A DNA stretch of 63,521 nucleotides, filler included, from Octopus bimaculoides (GCF_001194135.2; 4 parts of 4 records of this genome joined end to end with filler, not necessarily neighbours in it), one strand, 5' to 3'. Counted from the whole stretch's first letter, positions 27,565-41,791 are shown. Numbers and translations: made by a program. The notes: generated by a model not told the origin, from the letters alone.

Positions 27565-29745
27565 ATACATACGCATTACGTGGTTCACTGTTTCGATCCA
27601 TGAACTCATGGTTATAGTAGAAGACACTTATGCTATGTGCCGACCAATGGCAATGAGCCACAAAATCACGTTGTTGTAAACTGATTTTCTTAAACATACA
27701 AACAGACCTCGGCATATGGCTACAGGTCGAACTACTTTACCAGTTCGTTGCTAGAGTTAGAATAATGTGAAATAACCGTAGTTTGATTTTTGTCTATTCT
27801 TTGCCGGGATATACGTAAACCACCAAACTTAGTAGTTTAAGCGACCAATCGAAATTTTCGGAGGATGAATGCGACCCAGATGGCAATGGATCTTACTTTC
27901 AAAACCTACAAGCAAAAACAATGGAAAATGTTCAGTGATATTAGAGTTGAAAATATTCCGCTCAGTTTGGAAGAGTTACAGATAACCTCTTAGTGGAGAT
28001 ATAAAAGTAGAGTAATGATACTCATAATGGAAATCAACAAAATGTAGGAGAGAATAGAGCTCAAAGTTCCCTCTGTACACATGTGAAGGCGCGTGACCAA
28101 GTAACCTTGGTTCCGATTACCAGACCAGATGATGCGCTTTGTTCTTGTGTAAAGCCCCTCTTTTTCTGTTGCCCGAGTCGTGTCACCCGTTAATGAGTAA
28201 GCCTACGACTGTCCGGCCTTCCATTAAACGTTGAGGCCGTCATCACTTATTCGCCATTGTAACCTTATGAGTCTTGAGAGACAAGACCGAAATCTGCAGG
28301 AGAGCTACTTTCGTCTACATAGTGTATATATTTATATATATATATATCGCAGTGACTCACACATAAATATCGTGAGGTATAAAACTAACTATGTGATAAT
28401 AACAGCTAAATAATGTGATAAATTATGGTGGCATTAAATTACTATTTCTTCAGTTAGCAAGTAAATTATATTGTCATTGAAGCTACGTATTAAGTGAATA
28501 GATTCTTACCTTTGCACAATCTATATTAATACGATAAAAAAACAAGACAAAACAAAGTCTCATAAAAAAGCACAAAAAATAAATAAAAGAAAAGTTCCAA
28601 AAATAAAAATAGAGGCAAAGTTGTCACGGTTTCATCCTGTTTAAGAAATAAAACCAAAAGAAAAATAAATGCAAGTATAAGATAATGAAGTAACAAAAGA
28701 ACTGATTACATTGGAGACGCTTATAATGACAATTAAAGGTAAATCTGACGCTCGCTTACGTTGTATTGTTTTAACTTGCCAACAACCGCTGTGAGCAGGT
28801 TAGATTAGAACAGGTAAATTGCAAAACAAAACTTATTCCAATCAACGAAATCTGATTTTGTCTCAAAATAAGACGAAACTAAAGTTAATAATATTCTTCT
28901 TTATTTTTGTTCCTTTTTTTTCTATTTACGTTTTATTATTTCAATTATATTATTATTGTTGTTTGTGGTGTTACTGTTGTTGTTTTTCTATTACATTTTG
29001 TTGTTGCTATTGCCGTTGCTTTTGTAGTTGTAGTGGTGGTTGTTGTTTTCAGTCTTTTGCAAGATTTTAATTAGAATTAGTCACAGTAAATGAATCAATC
29101 GTACCTAAACAGGATCATTCATCAATTATATTTAACTCGAAGAGATAAAACTACTGATAAATAATACTAATACGAAATGCTCGTGCTAATAATCTTAAAA
29201 CTAATGACAACATAAATAAAACATCATCATCAACAACAACATCAACAACAATAATAATAATGATAATGATAATAATAATAATAATTGAGGAAACGAATGT
29301 GAATAGTAATATCATTTTCTCACATTAGTGAAGGGAAGATAAACTGGTTCTAAATTAAACAGCAATAGATAAAGCATTTGAGAAGTTGGGTGGGGTATGA
29401 TGGTAGTGGTGGCGGCGGCGGTGGTGGTGGTGGTGGTAGTGGTGGTGGTTGGGTGGAAGCGATAAATAAATTTAGATTGAAGAGTGAGGAACCGCCTGAA
29501 GATAGTGTAAGCTGCAGACGNNNNNNNNNNNNNNNNNNNNNNNNNNNNNNNNNNNNNNNNNNNNNNNNNNNNNNNNNNNNNNNNNNNNNNNNNNNNNNNN
29601 NNNNNNNNNNNNNNNNNNNNNNNNNNNNNNNNNNNNNNNNNNNNNNNNNNNNNNNNNNNNNNNNNNNNNNNNNNNNNNNNNNNNNNNNNNNNNNNNNNNN
29701 NNNNNNNNNNNNNNNNNNNNNNNNNNNNNNNNNNNNNNNNNNNNN

Positions 29746-29777
<32 letters not shown>

Positions 29778-30023
29778 CATATATACGGGCGTGTGTGTGT
29801 GTTTGTTTGTGTTTCTGTGCATGCATGTGTGTATGTGTATATATCCTTACATACACACACAGGCTCACACGCACATATACACACACGTATTCACACATTC
29901 ATAAATATGTACGTACATTTAGTCATGCCAGCACGCATAATATATATGTGTGTGTGTATGTGTGTATAAAATAGTGCATATACTTATATAACGTTTGTGT
30001 ATGTAAAACGACAAACATCTATA

Positions 30024-30080
<57 letters not shown>

Positions 30081-30974
30081 GCACACACACATATATATTT
30101 ATATAATGTGTATGAGTTTGTGTATGTCTGTGTGTGTGAGCGATAGACGGTTGGGCTGTGTATTCCCGTGTCTATGTGAATATTTATTTTCTTCTGGGGC
30201 AAATTCGATCGTAGCAATCAATGTTCTTCGTAAAGTGAGGAAATAAAATGGAGAATAAAAGGGAAATAAATATAAGCAAGTTAAACGAGAAAGATATAAG
30301 GAAAACATCATCTTGAAAGTAAATGCCAAAACAAGCACAAGAGCAAGAACATAAACAACGATAGCAACGTCAGAATAGTTATCGAAGTTTGATGGCGATA
30401 GAGCTGAGACAAACTACAATCAATCAATCTTGTTGCATGACTATGCAGTTACTGTTCTGTAGAATGTCACCAGACTATGGTTATCAAGTGAGATATTTTT
30501 TATAACTATGTGGTAAATGATTAGTTTCCTATAGTAGTTTGTTTAGAATTTTAGCGTATTTAGATGTTCGTTGCTGAGAAAAGAAGAAATCTTAAATGTG
30601 GTTTCGATACTCATGGAAAGGCATTTTAAATAATTTATACTTTTTTTTTTCTATTTTTGATCATTGTTTTGCCCCAGGTTTGAAGTCGACGATCAAACTT
30701 TCCGTTGCAACTCATCATATATTACCAGACAGCTCCCGCCTAATTAAATCTTTTCCACCTACTCCATTTAATGATATATGTCACTCATACAAATAGCATA
30801 CAATTGGAAAGAGTATTCTCGAAAGAGTTCTATGTAATTCTCACGCGGGAATTCCATAACAGATCTTGACAAACCAGGATCTTTGTATTAAAACTTCAGT
30901 CTATCTAACATGCTTGTACATAATCTAAATTTTATGATTAATACGTGGATGAAGCTAACAATCTTAACTGGCTC

Positions 30975-31262
30975 ACTGTGTCGGTTGCGACGACGAGTCT
31001 TCCAGTTGATGCGATCAACGGAGCAGCCTGCCAGCAGCATGAAAGTGGCTGAGTACTCCACAGATAAGCTTAGCAATAAAGTAGTTGTCAGGGCATTTCC
31101 ATGTGACAGAGAATGCGAATAGGCTGGCCCTATGACAAATCATTTTTGCCAGCTGAGTGGACTGGACCAACAGGAATTAAAGTGCGCTGTGCTAAAAGAA
31201 ACAATGATCCACACTGGGCAATCGGACTCACAACTCTACGATCGTAAACCGATTACCTGTTA
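30975..31262 (-). mobile_element. SINE family C-related copy (3' half shared with 4384-4696, tRNA-like head remnant)
   Basis: TTCCAGTTGATGCGATCAACGGAGCAGCCTG...AAGTGGCTGAGTACTCCACAGA is the reverse complement of the 4605-4665 segment. AGGCTGGCCCT matches the reverse of AGGGTCAGCCT. Confidence 0.65.
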
Positions 31263-31455
31263 AGACAATAATGTTGATATTATGGACGAGTCCCTACTGT
31301 GATTTTTATGATATACTTTTTCCTACTTTTACTCTAATATATNNNNNNNNNNNNNNNNNNNNNNNNNNNNNNNNNNNNNNNNNNNNNNNNNNNNNNNNNN
31401 NNNNNNNNNNNNNNNNNNNNNNNNNNNNNNNNNNNNNNNNNNNNNNNNNNNCAGA

Positions 31456-31505
<50 letters not shown>

Positions 31506-31514
31506 GAGAGAGAG

Positions 31515-31570
<56 letters not shown>

Positions 31571-31599
31571 GTAAATATGTCTGTCTGTGTTATTCCTAC

Positions 31600-31800
31600 C
31601 ACCACCACCACCACCACCACTGCTTGACAAACACTGTTGTTGTGTTTACGTTTCCTTAACTTAGCCGTTTGGCAAAACATACCAATGGAAGAGGTACCAG
31701 GCGTAAAAGAATTCCCTGGCATCAATTCATTCGATTACAATTCCTTCGGGTAGTGCTCCAGCCTGGCCACACACTAATGACTTCAGCAAGTAAAGATAAA
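31600..31800 (+). mobile_element. SINE family A, 3' fragment (diverged)
   Basis: TGCTTGACAA...GTGTTTACGT...AACTTAGC...GTGCTCCAGCCTGGCCAC...AATGACTTCAGCAAGTAAA. Confidence 0.65.
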
Positions 31801-32093
31801 ATGTTATTTCCTTCCAAAGGATGAAAGTTCCTTTCCGAGCCATAAGTCTGGTTTCTCGGATTCTGTGACGTATATATTCCCGACCCTTAGGAGGGTCGTT
31901 GATTTCTCGTAATATTAAAAAGTTTTGCCGACTCAGTGACAAGGAGCAACGCGAAATGGAGTGTTTTGCTCAAGAGAGCAACGCTTCACTCGGTTCAAAA
32001 TCGAAACAAGAATCTTGCGATCAGAAGCCACGCGCATCCACAATGTCTTAAATATTTATAACACTATTAACATGTTGCTTTCTGTGAATATAG

Positions 32094-32167
<74 letters not shown>

Positions 32168-32886
32168 AGCGTGTGGGTGTTTATATATAATATCATACCT
32201 GGCTATCTATCTTTCTGCCTACCTACCTGTCTGTCTTTCCGTCTGCTTATCGATCTATCTATTTCAATCTATAGCTTACTAGCTATCTGTCTATCTTTTC
32301 AGCTATCAATCAATCTATCTATCTATCTATCTATCTAATTATCTATGTATCTCTATATAGCTAGTTAGCTATCTCTCTTTATCTCTCACTCTCTATCTAT
32401 CTATCTTTCTATCTATCTATATATGTGTGTGTGTGTATGTGTTTGCGTGTGTGTGTGTGTATGTGTGTATGTGTGTGTGTGTGCGTGTGTGTTTGTGTGT
32501 GTGTGCGTGTGTGAATGTGTGTGCTTGACGCCGTGCTACTGTTTGCACATTTACGCATATAAATGTTTAGAGTCATGTTTTCATTTCGGAACATGACTAA
32601 TCACTTTTCTGTTGCTCTCTAAATTCCTGTCTCCTCATGACTCTATAACCCTGAGTTGAACGACCCATCCACCAAGCCACATGCTTTCGAAATTCATCAA
32701 TGAGTATCATAGATAATGAAGTTAAAATTTCATTGTAAAAATCTTCCACTAAGACGTGAAGTGAATTCTAATTATAAATTGCGATAATTTTGTCTCAGAC
32801 GGTTACGTCATTAATGCTTATATATGTTTGTGTGTGTGTGTGTGCGTGTGTGTGTGTGTGTGTGCGTGTTGTGTGTGTGTGCGTAC

Positions 32887-32952
<66 letters not shown>

Positions 32953-35900
32953 TCTTATGAGAAATACGACGTTTAATTTATCAGCAACTTCTTTTAATTT
33001 AAATCATCGAGCTATACATTACAATGAATACGATGTATGAAACTGAAGACAGTCTTTGAATGTATCTCGTCATAAAGTATAAAGATATGAAGTAACTGGA
33101 ACCTGCCAACGAATGAGAGTGTATGTTGTTGGAGTAATTAGCGGAAATAGCAGTCACATCTCGCTTTAATTACACTCTACGTTATGAAAAAAGAAGGTCG
33201 TGTGCTCCGAGTTGAAATATCTAGAAAGATAATGAATTGATTATAGATGGAATTATTTAGCCCCTGATGCACTCAGCCCTTGCTGGAGCTTAAACGACAA
33301 CCGATATTTCGTTTGTAAAAAGAAAGAGATATGGTGTCGAACAGAAGGAAACTCCTGCTCGTATTACTCTCTAGAATTTCATTTCGTTTGTTGTCTCGGT
33401 ACGTCTTCCATTCGAGTCCTTCTTTGGAGGAGGCTGACCACATAAATTCAAAGTATATTTTGCCGTAGTCCCACGACTGCAATCAGTAACAAAATGAAGC
33501 AAAATGAATGTTCAATGCCTATATAAGTCTCCTTAATGAAGTATTTGAAATCTTTCGCTCAATGAAGAAGTACGCAAGTGACTGTCGTTAGACCTACGTA
33601 CATAATAACCAAAATCTCCAAGAATACAATCATTATGATTCTAAATGAAAGGGAGATAAACATTAGATAAAACAGATGTAGACGAACAAAATGTTGGGGT
33701 TTGTCACCAGTTGAAGTTCGTTGACCTTGCGTGATCTTGAGTGACCTTGAAGAGGATTGAAGACGATTAAAGAAAGCCACAACAGTAAAAAAATCTGTAG
33801 TAGCAGCTATGACAATAACATTTTAGATTTTTTCTCTCTGTATGAATGTATTTTCATTTGATGAGCACTGATGGACCAATATTAAATGCGTTTTACTCGA
33901 TAAGATCATGGCATTAGGAATATCATGTGTATATACATGCAAGGTATTTACCACACATATTAAATGACGTTGGAGGAAATAGGAAAATGTAATTAGAAAC
34001 AAAATACAGGTTGTTCCCGATTGAAACATCTGCTCGATTTATCATACCTTGACGCGTTCTCCGTCAAACCTATTTGGCCCTTTGTTCTATTTGGTATCAC
34101 ACGTCTTATTTCTTTATGAATTATGCATTTCAAAAATTTTAACTCTATATATGGGATTGCTCATTATATGAAGAAAAAAGTATATTGATTTAAAACTTGG
34201 GTATTACGGTTGGTTCCTGTGGTACGGATATTATATTGATTATGTACCGTCGAAGGCAACGTTGAGTCACATGTTAAAACGTGTTAAATTGTCAATTAAG
34301 CCTCCATTTTATTTGTTTTCCTTTCATATACGATATTTTCTCCACAGATTATATTTCAGATTAATTTATATAAGCTTTAATGGCTTCTTTTTCACGAAAA
34401 TTATTTTATGGTTGACAGACGCTCTAGTGAAAAGGGGGACAGTACCGTGGACCTTAGACACATTCATATCTAAGAAAATATTGATTCAAATTCAAATCAA
34501 GGCAAGGGGTACATAAAAACCTGTTCTATAGATTACCTAAATATCGAACAATGTCATTTGAACAACAGTAACGTAAAGCTCCATGAGAAAACATCAGAAA
34601 TGAGATTCACCGGTGACTCACAGGATACGCAGAGTGTCAACAAACGACTATGGATATATAGGTTTTAAGTATTTCTAAGTAATGTGTTAAACATCTAGTG
34701 TGGAAACAATCAATTTTGAATCCCGCTGTAAGTTAAATTTGATAACAGATTCCTGCTGTAAACTGAGATTTTGGAGTGAAATTTGAAAAACAAAGATTTT
34801 GTAGAACGTTGTTGTATGCCGGTTTTGAGGAGGTAGAATTAATAAGATACCATATTTCACACTGCAAAATAGTCAATAGTTAATTTATGCATATGCCGTT
34901 CTTCTGCAAGAATTCAGCCCTGATATCATGTCCGAGATTATTTTTTGAACTTTTTCTCAACTTACATGGAAGGCCAGAAAAAAATATTATTTATGCTTCC
35001 TTGCGTTCAACTGATAACAAAATGAATTCAAATCTCCTTCTCAAGTGCTCAAATAAGTGAAAACACAACACAGAATATATCTATTGCTCATATATACTCT
35101 CTTTTGTTTGAGCAAACGATGTCATGATTCAAACAAAAAATGCCAAAAATAAACTATTTATGTAAACGAATTCAGTCAGAGAAGCTTGATACCTAATTGT
35201 GACATAGGAATTGAAAAGGGAGAGCCTTATTGTGTATGTGAAACACACATTAAAAATTGTACTAGGTATGTGTTGCATTAGGGAAATTGCGTAACACGTA
35301 AAGAAACGAACGAAATATATTCGAAAACATAAAACATTGCATTGCATTAAACAATGTTTCGTATTTATTTACACATCGAGAATATATTGCACAACACATT
35401 TATATAAGAAACTATGTAACATAAACTACATAAAAACAATGAAAGCAAAAATAGAAGTAAAAATAAAATATTGAAGAATAACAGCATCGGTGAAAAATGA
35501 CCATAACATACTGTATATTATGATAATTTATATTTTTTATGTGGGTTGGCAATTTCCTAATTTGTATTTATCGTTATCTAATATAAAAGCATTCATCAAA
35601 GATGGCGTCTTATTGAGGAAACATTAAAAAAAAATTGGCGTTTTCATTTATTAATTTTCTTTTATTCTTTTCTCTGTTTCTCTCTCTCTCTCTCTCTCTT
35701 TCTCACTCAATCTCTCTCTCCTTTTCACTCAATCGCCCATCTCCTGTCTCTACCTGTGTGTTTCATCAGAGATTTTCTACAGAAATTTTACAATATAAAT
35801 AAGATAATATTGATAGAAATCGATGACTGACGAAAGAATTGAATGTAAGTAGAAAAAGAATACGAGAAATTGGAATCACTACACTAAATGCCGTTTCACA

Positions 35901-35979
35901 ATCGCTGGGATAGAAATTACATACTGTTACGTATATATATACATATATACATAGACACACAAATATATATACTATATAC

Positions 35980-36036
<57 letters not shown>

Positions 36037-37087
36037 AAACATGCTAGAAGAGTGAGATAGAAAGTATTTCAGAGTATGTTGTTCTGTGTGATGATGTATA
36101 TGTCTAAAGTGTAGTGAATGCATTCCGTAAAAGTTATTTGGTGCATGCACAAACACAAACACCCCCCACACACACAGACACACACGCACGTATATGTATT
36201 TATACATATACATTTCTATATAAAGTAACATGTTTGTATATACACATATGTATATGTTACAACGTAAATAACATCCTTATAATGGGTCCCTATATTGTCA
36301 TAGAATATACATCTTGTGACAATGCACAACAATCACAATAAGAATACCGAACATCGACTAAGGAACCATAAAAAAACCACAGAAATACCCTTGTGGAAGT
36401 TCTTATAAATATCCATTCTTGTTTCGTCGCTAGAAAAACTAAAGCTTAAACAAATGATAAAGCTCAATAAAGCAACAACTATGCAATAGTAAATACATTA
36501 TCTACATCCAATTATATATACCTCTGGTCCCGAATTTATTTTTCATTGTTCGAATTAACACAGTTTGTCAGAGGAGAATAAATGATGTAGTAGACATAAG
36601 GATTGCTTGTTAATTGATAAGTACGAATATTAATTGTATAGATGTGCCTGACAGCAAGCAGTTTCGTAATTTCGACACAGCAATGGAGTTATAAAAATGT
36701 CATGCAATCTCCGTAAAGTGTGAATCTATTTTGTGTGGGTTTTTTTAATCACTCTTGTTTTTAATAAATCATGCGCTAGGGTGTTTCCTTTGCATCGTTT
36801 AATGAGTGGTGAAAATAAAATATTTAGTATTTGTCGATTTTTCTAATGGGAAAGATATATATAATGGTATTGACCTTCTTTCTTACACATCTCTAACCTT
36901 CAATCGAACCCATGAGCGGGTAGAAATCAATAGCAAATACAGTAGGGATACAGAGCTAACAATAAAGAAAAAGGCTTAACACAAACGCATAAACACTGAC
37001 AGACAAACGAACAAACAGATGCACGTTGACATCTGTAAAATAGAAATGCAGACGCACGTATGTCTACATGCACACATACGCACACAG

Positions 37088-37165
<78 letters not shown>

Positions 37166-38041
37166 GTGAACACAAACACTGACAAATAGATAGATAGATA
37201 AAGAGAGGGAGAGAGAGACAGAGAGACAGAGAGTGATAGATATGTGGATAAATGAATTGATGCGTAAAAGCAAGTATACGCTTATATTCAACAAAACATT
37301 TATGCTTCCTGTTATGTAGTTCCAAAACAACATAAGTTACGCCGTATATCCAAAAGCTCCATGCATGCTATTCATGAAATTTAAGCTTTCTCACTTCATC
37401 TTCTACCTTGTTCCCTCTACACACCAATACAAGTGTATGTATGTGTATATATATATACATACACACGCATACACACGCACACACACACACATATATATGT
37501 ATATATATATATATATATATATNNNNNNNNNNNNNNNNNNNNNNNNNNNNNNNNNNNNNNNNNNNNNNNNNNNNNNNNNNNNNNNNNNNNNNNNNNNNNN
37601 NNNNNNNNNNNNNNNNNNNNNNNNNNNNNNNNNNNNNNNNNNNNNNNNNNNNNNNNNNNNNNNNNNNNNNNNNNNNNNNNNNNNNNNNNNNNNNNNNNNN
37701 NNNNNNNNNNNNNNNNNNNNNNNNNNNNNNNNNNNNNNNNNNNNNNNNNNNNNNNNNNNNNNNNNNNNNNNNNNNNNNNNNNNNNNNNNNNNNNNNNNNN
37801 NNNNNNNNNNNNNNNNNNNNNNNNNNNNNNNNNNNNNNNNNNNNNNNNNNNNNNNNNNNNNNNNNNNNNNNNNNNNNNNNNNNNNNNNNNNNNNNNNNNN
37901 NNNNNNNNNNNNNNNNNNNNNNNNNNNNNNNNNNNNNNNNNNNNNNNNNNNNNNNNNNNNNNNNNNNNNNNNNNNNNNNNNNNNNNNNNNNNNNNNNNAT
38001 ACATATATATATATATGTATATATCTATATATATATATATT

Positions 38042-38122
<81 letters not shown>

Positions 38123-38323
38123 GTATGTAAAATGTACGCAAATGTATTTTGCACGTCTGATTTTGAGTGTGACCGCATGCATATGTATGCTTGAATGTGC
38201 GTGTGTCTGCGTGTATACACACACCTATATACACATACTTAACTCTGTATGCCTCTAGCAAACGCTCTCTCTTAATCTATATACATTCATACGCATGTTA
38301 CTTTACACATCCAAACACACAAT

Positions 38324-38377
<54 letters not shown>

Positions 38378-38672
38378 AAGACAGGGACATCCAAAGAAGA
38401 AAATACCTCCATATCAATATATTATACGATAATTTAGGGACACAATTGTTCAGATTAGATTTGAATAGAAACTAATATGAAGATGTGAAGCTTATGTGAT
38501 GTTGTATATTCAAGAATACTTTATGAACAGCATCTTGGAACGGATCTCACGACTTCTCTTTGGGCAATAACTTTGGAAACGTATTATAATGACAGGCATG
38601 TATGTATTTTGAAACATATATTAAATAAACATAGATATATCTACATACATGTACACATACACACACATATGC

Positions 38673-38715
<43 letters not shown>

Positions 38716-38819
38716 TTAATGTATGTAATTATATACAAAATCCCACATGATATATGAATATGCATATATGTACCGCATACGCATTAATTAATCTCTGAAG
38801 TATGTGATTTCTTAAAGTA

Positions 38820-38866
<47 letters not shown>

Positions 38867-38875
38867 ATTTTTTTC

Positions 38876-38994
38876 ATGATCCCTTTTGATCGGAATATTA
38901 TTTTTCTCCTTTATTTTATACTTTCGAAAAGAAGATGTCTACATTGTATTTTGTCCCCTCTGTGTTCGTTCCTGTGTGGCTAGTAAAGAAACTT
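38876..38994 (+). mobile_element. Isolated 3' end (about 120 bp) of the Tx1-like element, flanked by (TATC)n on both sides
   Basis: CCCTTTTGATCGGAAT...TTTCGAAAAGAAGATGTCTACATTGTATTTTGTCCCCTCTGTGTTCG...TGTGTGGCTAGTAAAGAAACTT aligns with 41008-41139. Confidence 0.8.
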
Positions 38995-39032
38995 ATCTAT
39001 CTATTTAGCTATCTATCTCTCTATATTTGTGA

Positions 39033-39068
<36 letters not shown>

Positions 39069-39090
39069 ATATCTATCTATCTATCTATCT

Positions 39091-40825
39091 GGTATGGGTG
39101 GAGCGCTGATCAATTTAGATCAATCAAAAGCTTTCGATTGCGTAGACTATTACTACTTGGAGGCTGCCCTTAAAGCGACTGGTTTCAGTCCCATCTTCCG
39201 CGGTTGGATCGCTGCCTTATACAGTGGCATCCGCTCGGTAGTTCGCGTAAATGGTCATCTATCCAGACCATTTATCATCATGCGTTCGGTTCGTTGAGGC
39301 TGCCCCCTCTCCTCGCTTCTTTATGTATTGACTCTTGGGCCATTACTGCGGAAGCTGGCGACGCTGAGGGGCATCCCACGGGAGCTGGGATGCGTGAGGA
39401 GCGTATCTGCATACGCGGACGACGTCACCGTCATAGTTTCGAACCGCAAGCACATCGGCATAGTCGGCGAGACACTAAAAGAATACGAAGCTGTAACGGG
39501 AGCAAAAGTTAAACGGGAAAAGTCGGTGGGCTTGCGGCTCGGCACCTGGAGAAGCAAGCCCATGCCTTCTAACAGCGTCTCCATCGTGGGACGATGGACC
39601 GACGGACCGGTTAAGTTGCTCGGTGTCTGGTTCGGGCCGGACCTCCAAATGGAGAATAACTGGGGCGAAATAACGACTAGGGTGGCCACTCGCCGAGAGG
39701 AAGCTATCCGAGAGGAAGCTATCCGAGAGGAAGCTATCCGAGAGGAAGCTATTCCTAAATGGGCCGAGAAGAAGCTATCTCTAAAAGGTTGGGTGGAGGT
39801 GGCGAACGTGTACGTCGCATCCGTCATCGAGTACCGTCTGACCATGGTCCCTTGTCCCGACCCTACCATCACAAACTGGAACGCACGCTCTTTCGCTTCT
39901 TGTGGAAGGGAAGCGTTCCGATGGTTAGGCGAGCCATTTCCTGTCAATACTCGCTAAATAGAGGCCTAGGCATGCCGTGGTTGATGATGCGCAGACATGC
40001 TCTGAGACTGCGACATCTCCGGCGCTTCATAGAAGACAGTGAACAGACGTGGTCGCTGTTTGTGCGGCGCGCTTTCCCGCAGCTCGTCTCCTTGGCTAAA
40101 CTACAGTCGTGGACCAAAGAGAGATCGAGGCTAAGCGAATGGCACCGTGAGTGTCGCGTTGCTCTCAAGCAACTCTGCCGTCCGGGACCAAACTTGTGGG
40201 ACTTCATTACAACAAAGGCGTTCTATAGAGGATAAGTGGAGGGGAGGTGCGACGACGTTCTTGGGCAGTATCTGGACGTCGACTAGGAACACCTGATCCG
40301 CGTGTTCAGGACAACTTTCGGACCGGGACCTATGGACAATCACCAAAGATCCCTTGTTTGGCAGTGCTATCGAAAAGCATTACTTGTTCAGGATAAGCTC
40401 TACAGGCATGGTTCGAGACACACCGAACCGACTTGGCCGAGATGCGGTCAGAGCGACGAAATCGTTCTGCATGCACTCGTGCAGTGTCCAACCATTTCGG
40501 ACCTGTGGGCTTATGCCGAACGGCTGCTGTCACGTGGGTGACGAGTCCGCCTGTCAGCCGAGTCTATCAAAAAAATTACTCCGCCACCTTCCCTCAACTC
40601 GTGGCCATGGTGAAAGGATGTGTGTGGTGGACACGAGCGAAAGCATTTGAGACAAACACTTACCTCTCTGGCCAATCACTCTTCAACTTTTTCAAGTACC
40701 ACTTGAAAAGAAAGGTGAGAACGGAGAGGTAGGTTTTGTCTCGTGAGAGTTTCAAAAACAGGTGGGTGAATGTAGCATAGATGGTGCGTGCGAGTGACGA
40801 AACGAATTTGAGCATGATCCTGTAA
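39091..40825 (+). pseudogene. Tx1/L1-type ORF2: RT domain plus C-terminal zinc-binding region, multiple stops and frameshifts
   Basis: ALINLDQSKAFDCVD, RSVR*GCPLS, SAYADDVTV, VKLLGVWFG, KKLSL, KLERTLFRFLWKG, SLNRGLGMP and PRCGQSDEIVLHALVQC are L1/Tx1 RT and zf-RVT hallmarks. Confidence 0.9.
39693..39752 (+). repeat. 15-bp tandem repeat x4 (CCGAGAGGAAGCTAT) inside the RT relic
   Basis: Four perfect units. A fifth near-copy, CCGAGAAGAAGCTAT, lies at 39763-39777 in the native coding sequence. Confidence 0.95.
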
Positions 40826-41194
40826 ATGGAAAAAAGAGAGAGAGAGAGTGCACTTTGCTCTCATGTGTTTATTCCTTCCCTGCCTGATGTTACCGTGGTC
40901 ATTTCCGTAGGCTTCTCTTTCCACGGATAAACCTAATCTTCCTTCTTACAATTTAAAAATTTCTTCTGTGATACACGATCCCTTTTGATCGCCTTTTTTT
41001 CCCTCGACCCTTTTGATCGGAATTTTACTTTTTTACTCCTTTTTTTTTTCTCTTTTTCTTTTTCATTTTCGAAAAGAAAATATCTAAATTTGTGTTTGTC
41101 CCCTTTGTGTTCAGCCTTGTGTGGCCAATAAAGAAAGTTATCACTCTATGTATCTCTCAATCTATCTCTCTATCTGTCTATCTATCTGTCTGTA

Positions 41195-41445
41195 AACGGA
41201 AACTGAAAGACGCCCGTCATGTATATGTATATATATGTGTGTGTGTGTGTCTGAGTGTGTGTGTTTCCCCAGCACTATCACTTGACAATCGATGCTGGTA
41301 TGTTTAGGTAACCGTAACGTAGCGGTTCGGCACAAGAGCCCGATGGAATAAGTACAAAGAATAAGTTCTGGGGTCGATTAGTTCGAGTAAAGGCGGTGGT
41401 CTAGCGTAGCCGCAGTCAAATAATTGACACCAGTAAAAGAATAAG
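41195..41445 (+). mobile_element. SINE family A, 5'-truncated
   Basis: AACGGAAACTGAAAGACGCCCGTC...CTTGACAATCGATGCTGG...GGGGTCGAT...AAAGGCGGTG...GCCGCAGTCAAAT...AGTAAAAGAATAAG. Confidence 0.8.
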
Positions 41446-41466
41446 ATAATACATGTACATATATGC

Positions 41467-41508
<42 letters not shown>

Positions 41509-41724
41509 TTGCAAGATTTTTGATGTGAAATCGTGTGTTGAAAGAGATGTTGTTGTACTTGGGGATGGTCATATTGCCAGTTTAGCCAATAAAGACACAC
41601 GCACTGTATATTCGGTGTTAATTTGCTTCAGCTTTATATTACATTAATATTAATCTTATTTCAGCCAGAGTTCTTTTGCCACACTTCTGTGACCTCATCA
41701 GTGGTCCTTTGTTTCCTTCTTTCT

Positions 41725-41791
41725 TATGTGTGTCTCACCTTGCTAAATATCAGCCATTTTGTATGATATTTAGCAAGGTGAGACACACATA
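41725..41791. repeat. Perfect 28-bp inverted repeat with 11-nt loop, ending exactly at a contig end
   Basis: TATGTGTGTCTCACCTTGCTAAATATCA / GCCATTTTGTA / TGATATTTAGCAAGGTGAGACACACATA. Confidence 0.9.

Larger units (their letters stand above)
39091..41139 (+). mobile_element. 5'-truncated Tx1/L1-clade non-LTR retrotransposon
   Basis: ORF2 relic plus about 310 bp of 3' UTR ending AATAAAGAAAGTT. Both ends abut (TATC)n. Confidence 0.85.

Noticed and set aside
27304-27603. Short acidic/Pro-rich ORF (DTSAPPDAPEPVVECPNQEES)
   Set aside because: No recognisable domain or convincing splice pair, and it ends in a microsatellite. Support is insufficient.
39693-39752. Short direct repeats as a possible CRISPR array (also 52659-52730)
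   Set aside because: Head-to-tail units without spacers, no cas genes, eukaryotic context.
41655-41715. Minus-strand CTGATGAG...GAAA as a further hammerhead
   Set aside because: The core heptamer is canonical, but I could not form convincing stems I and III around it.
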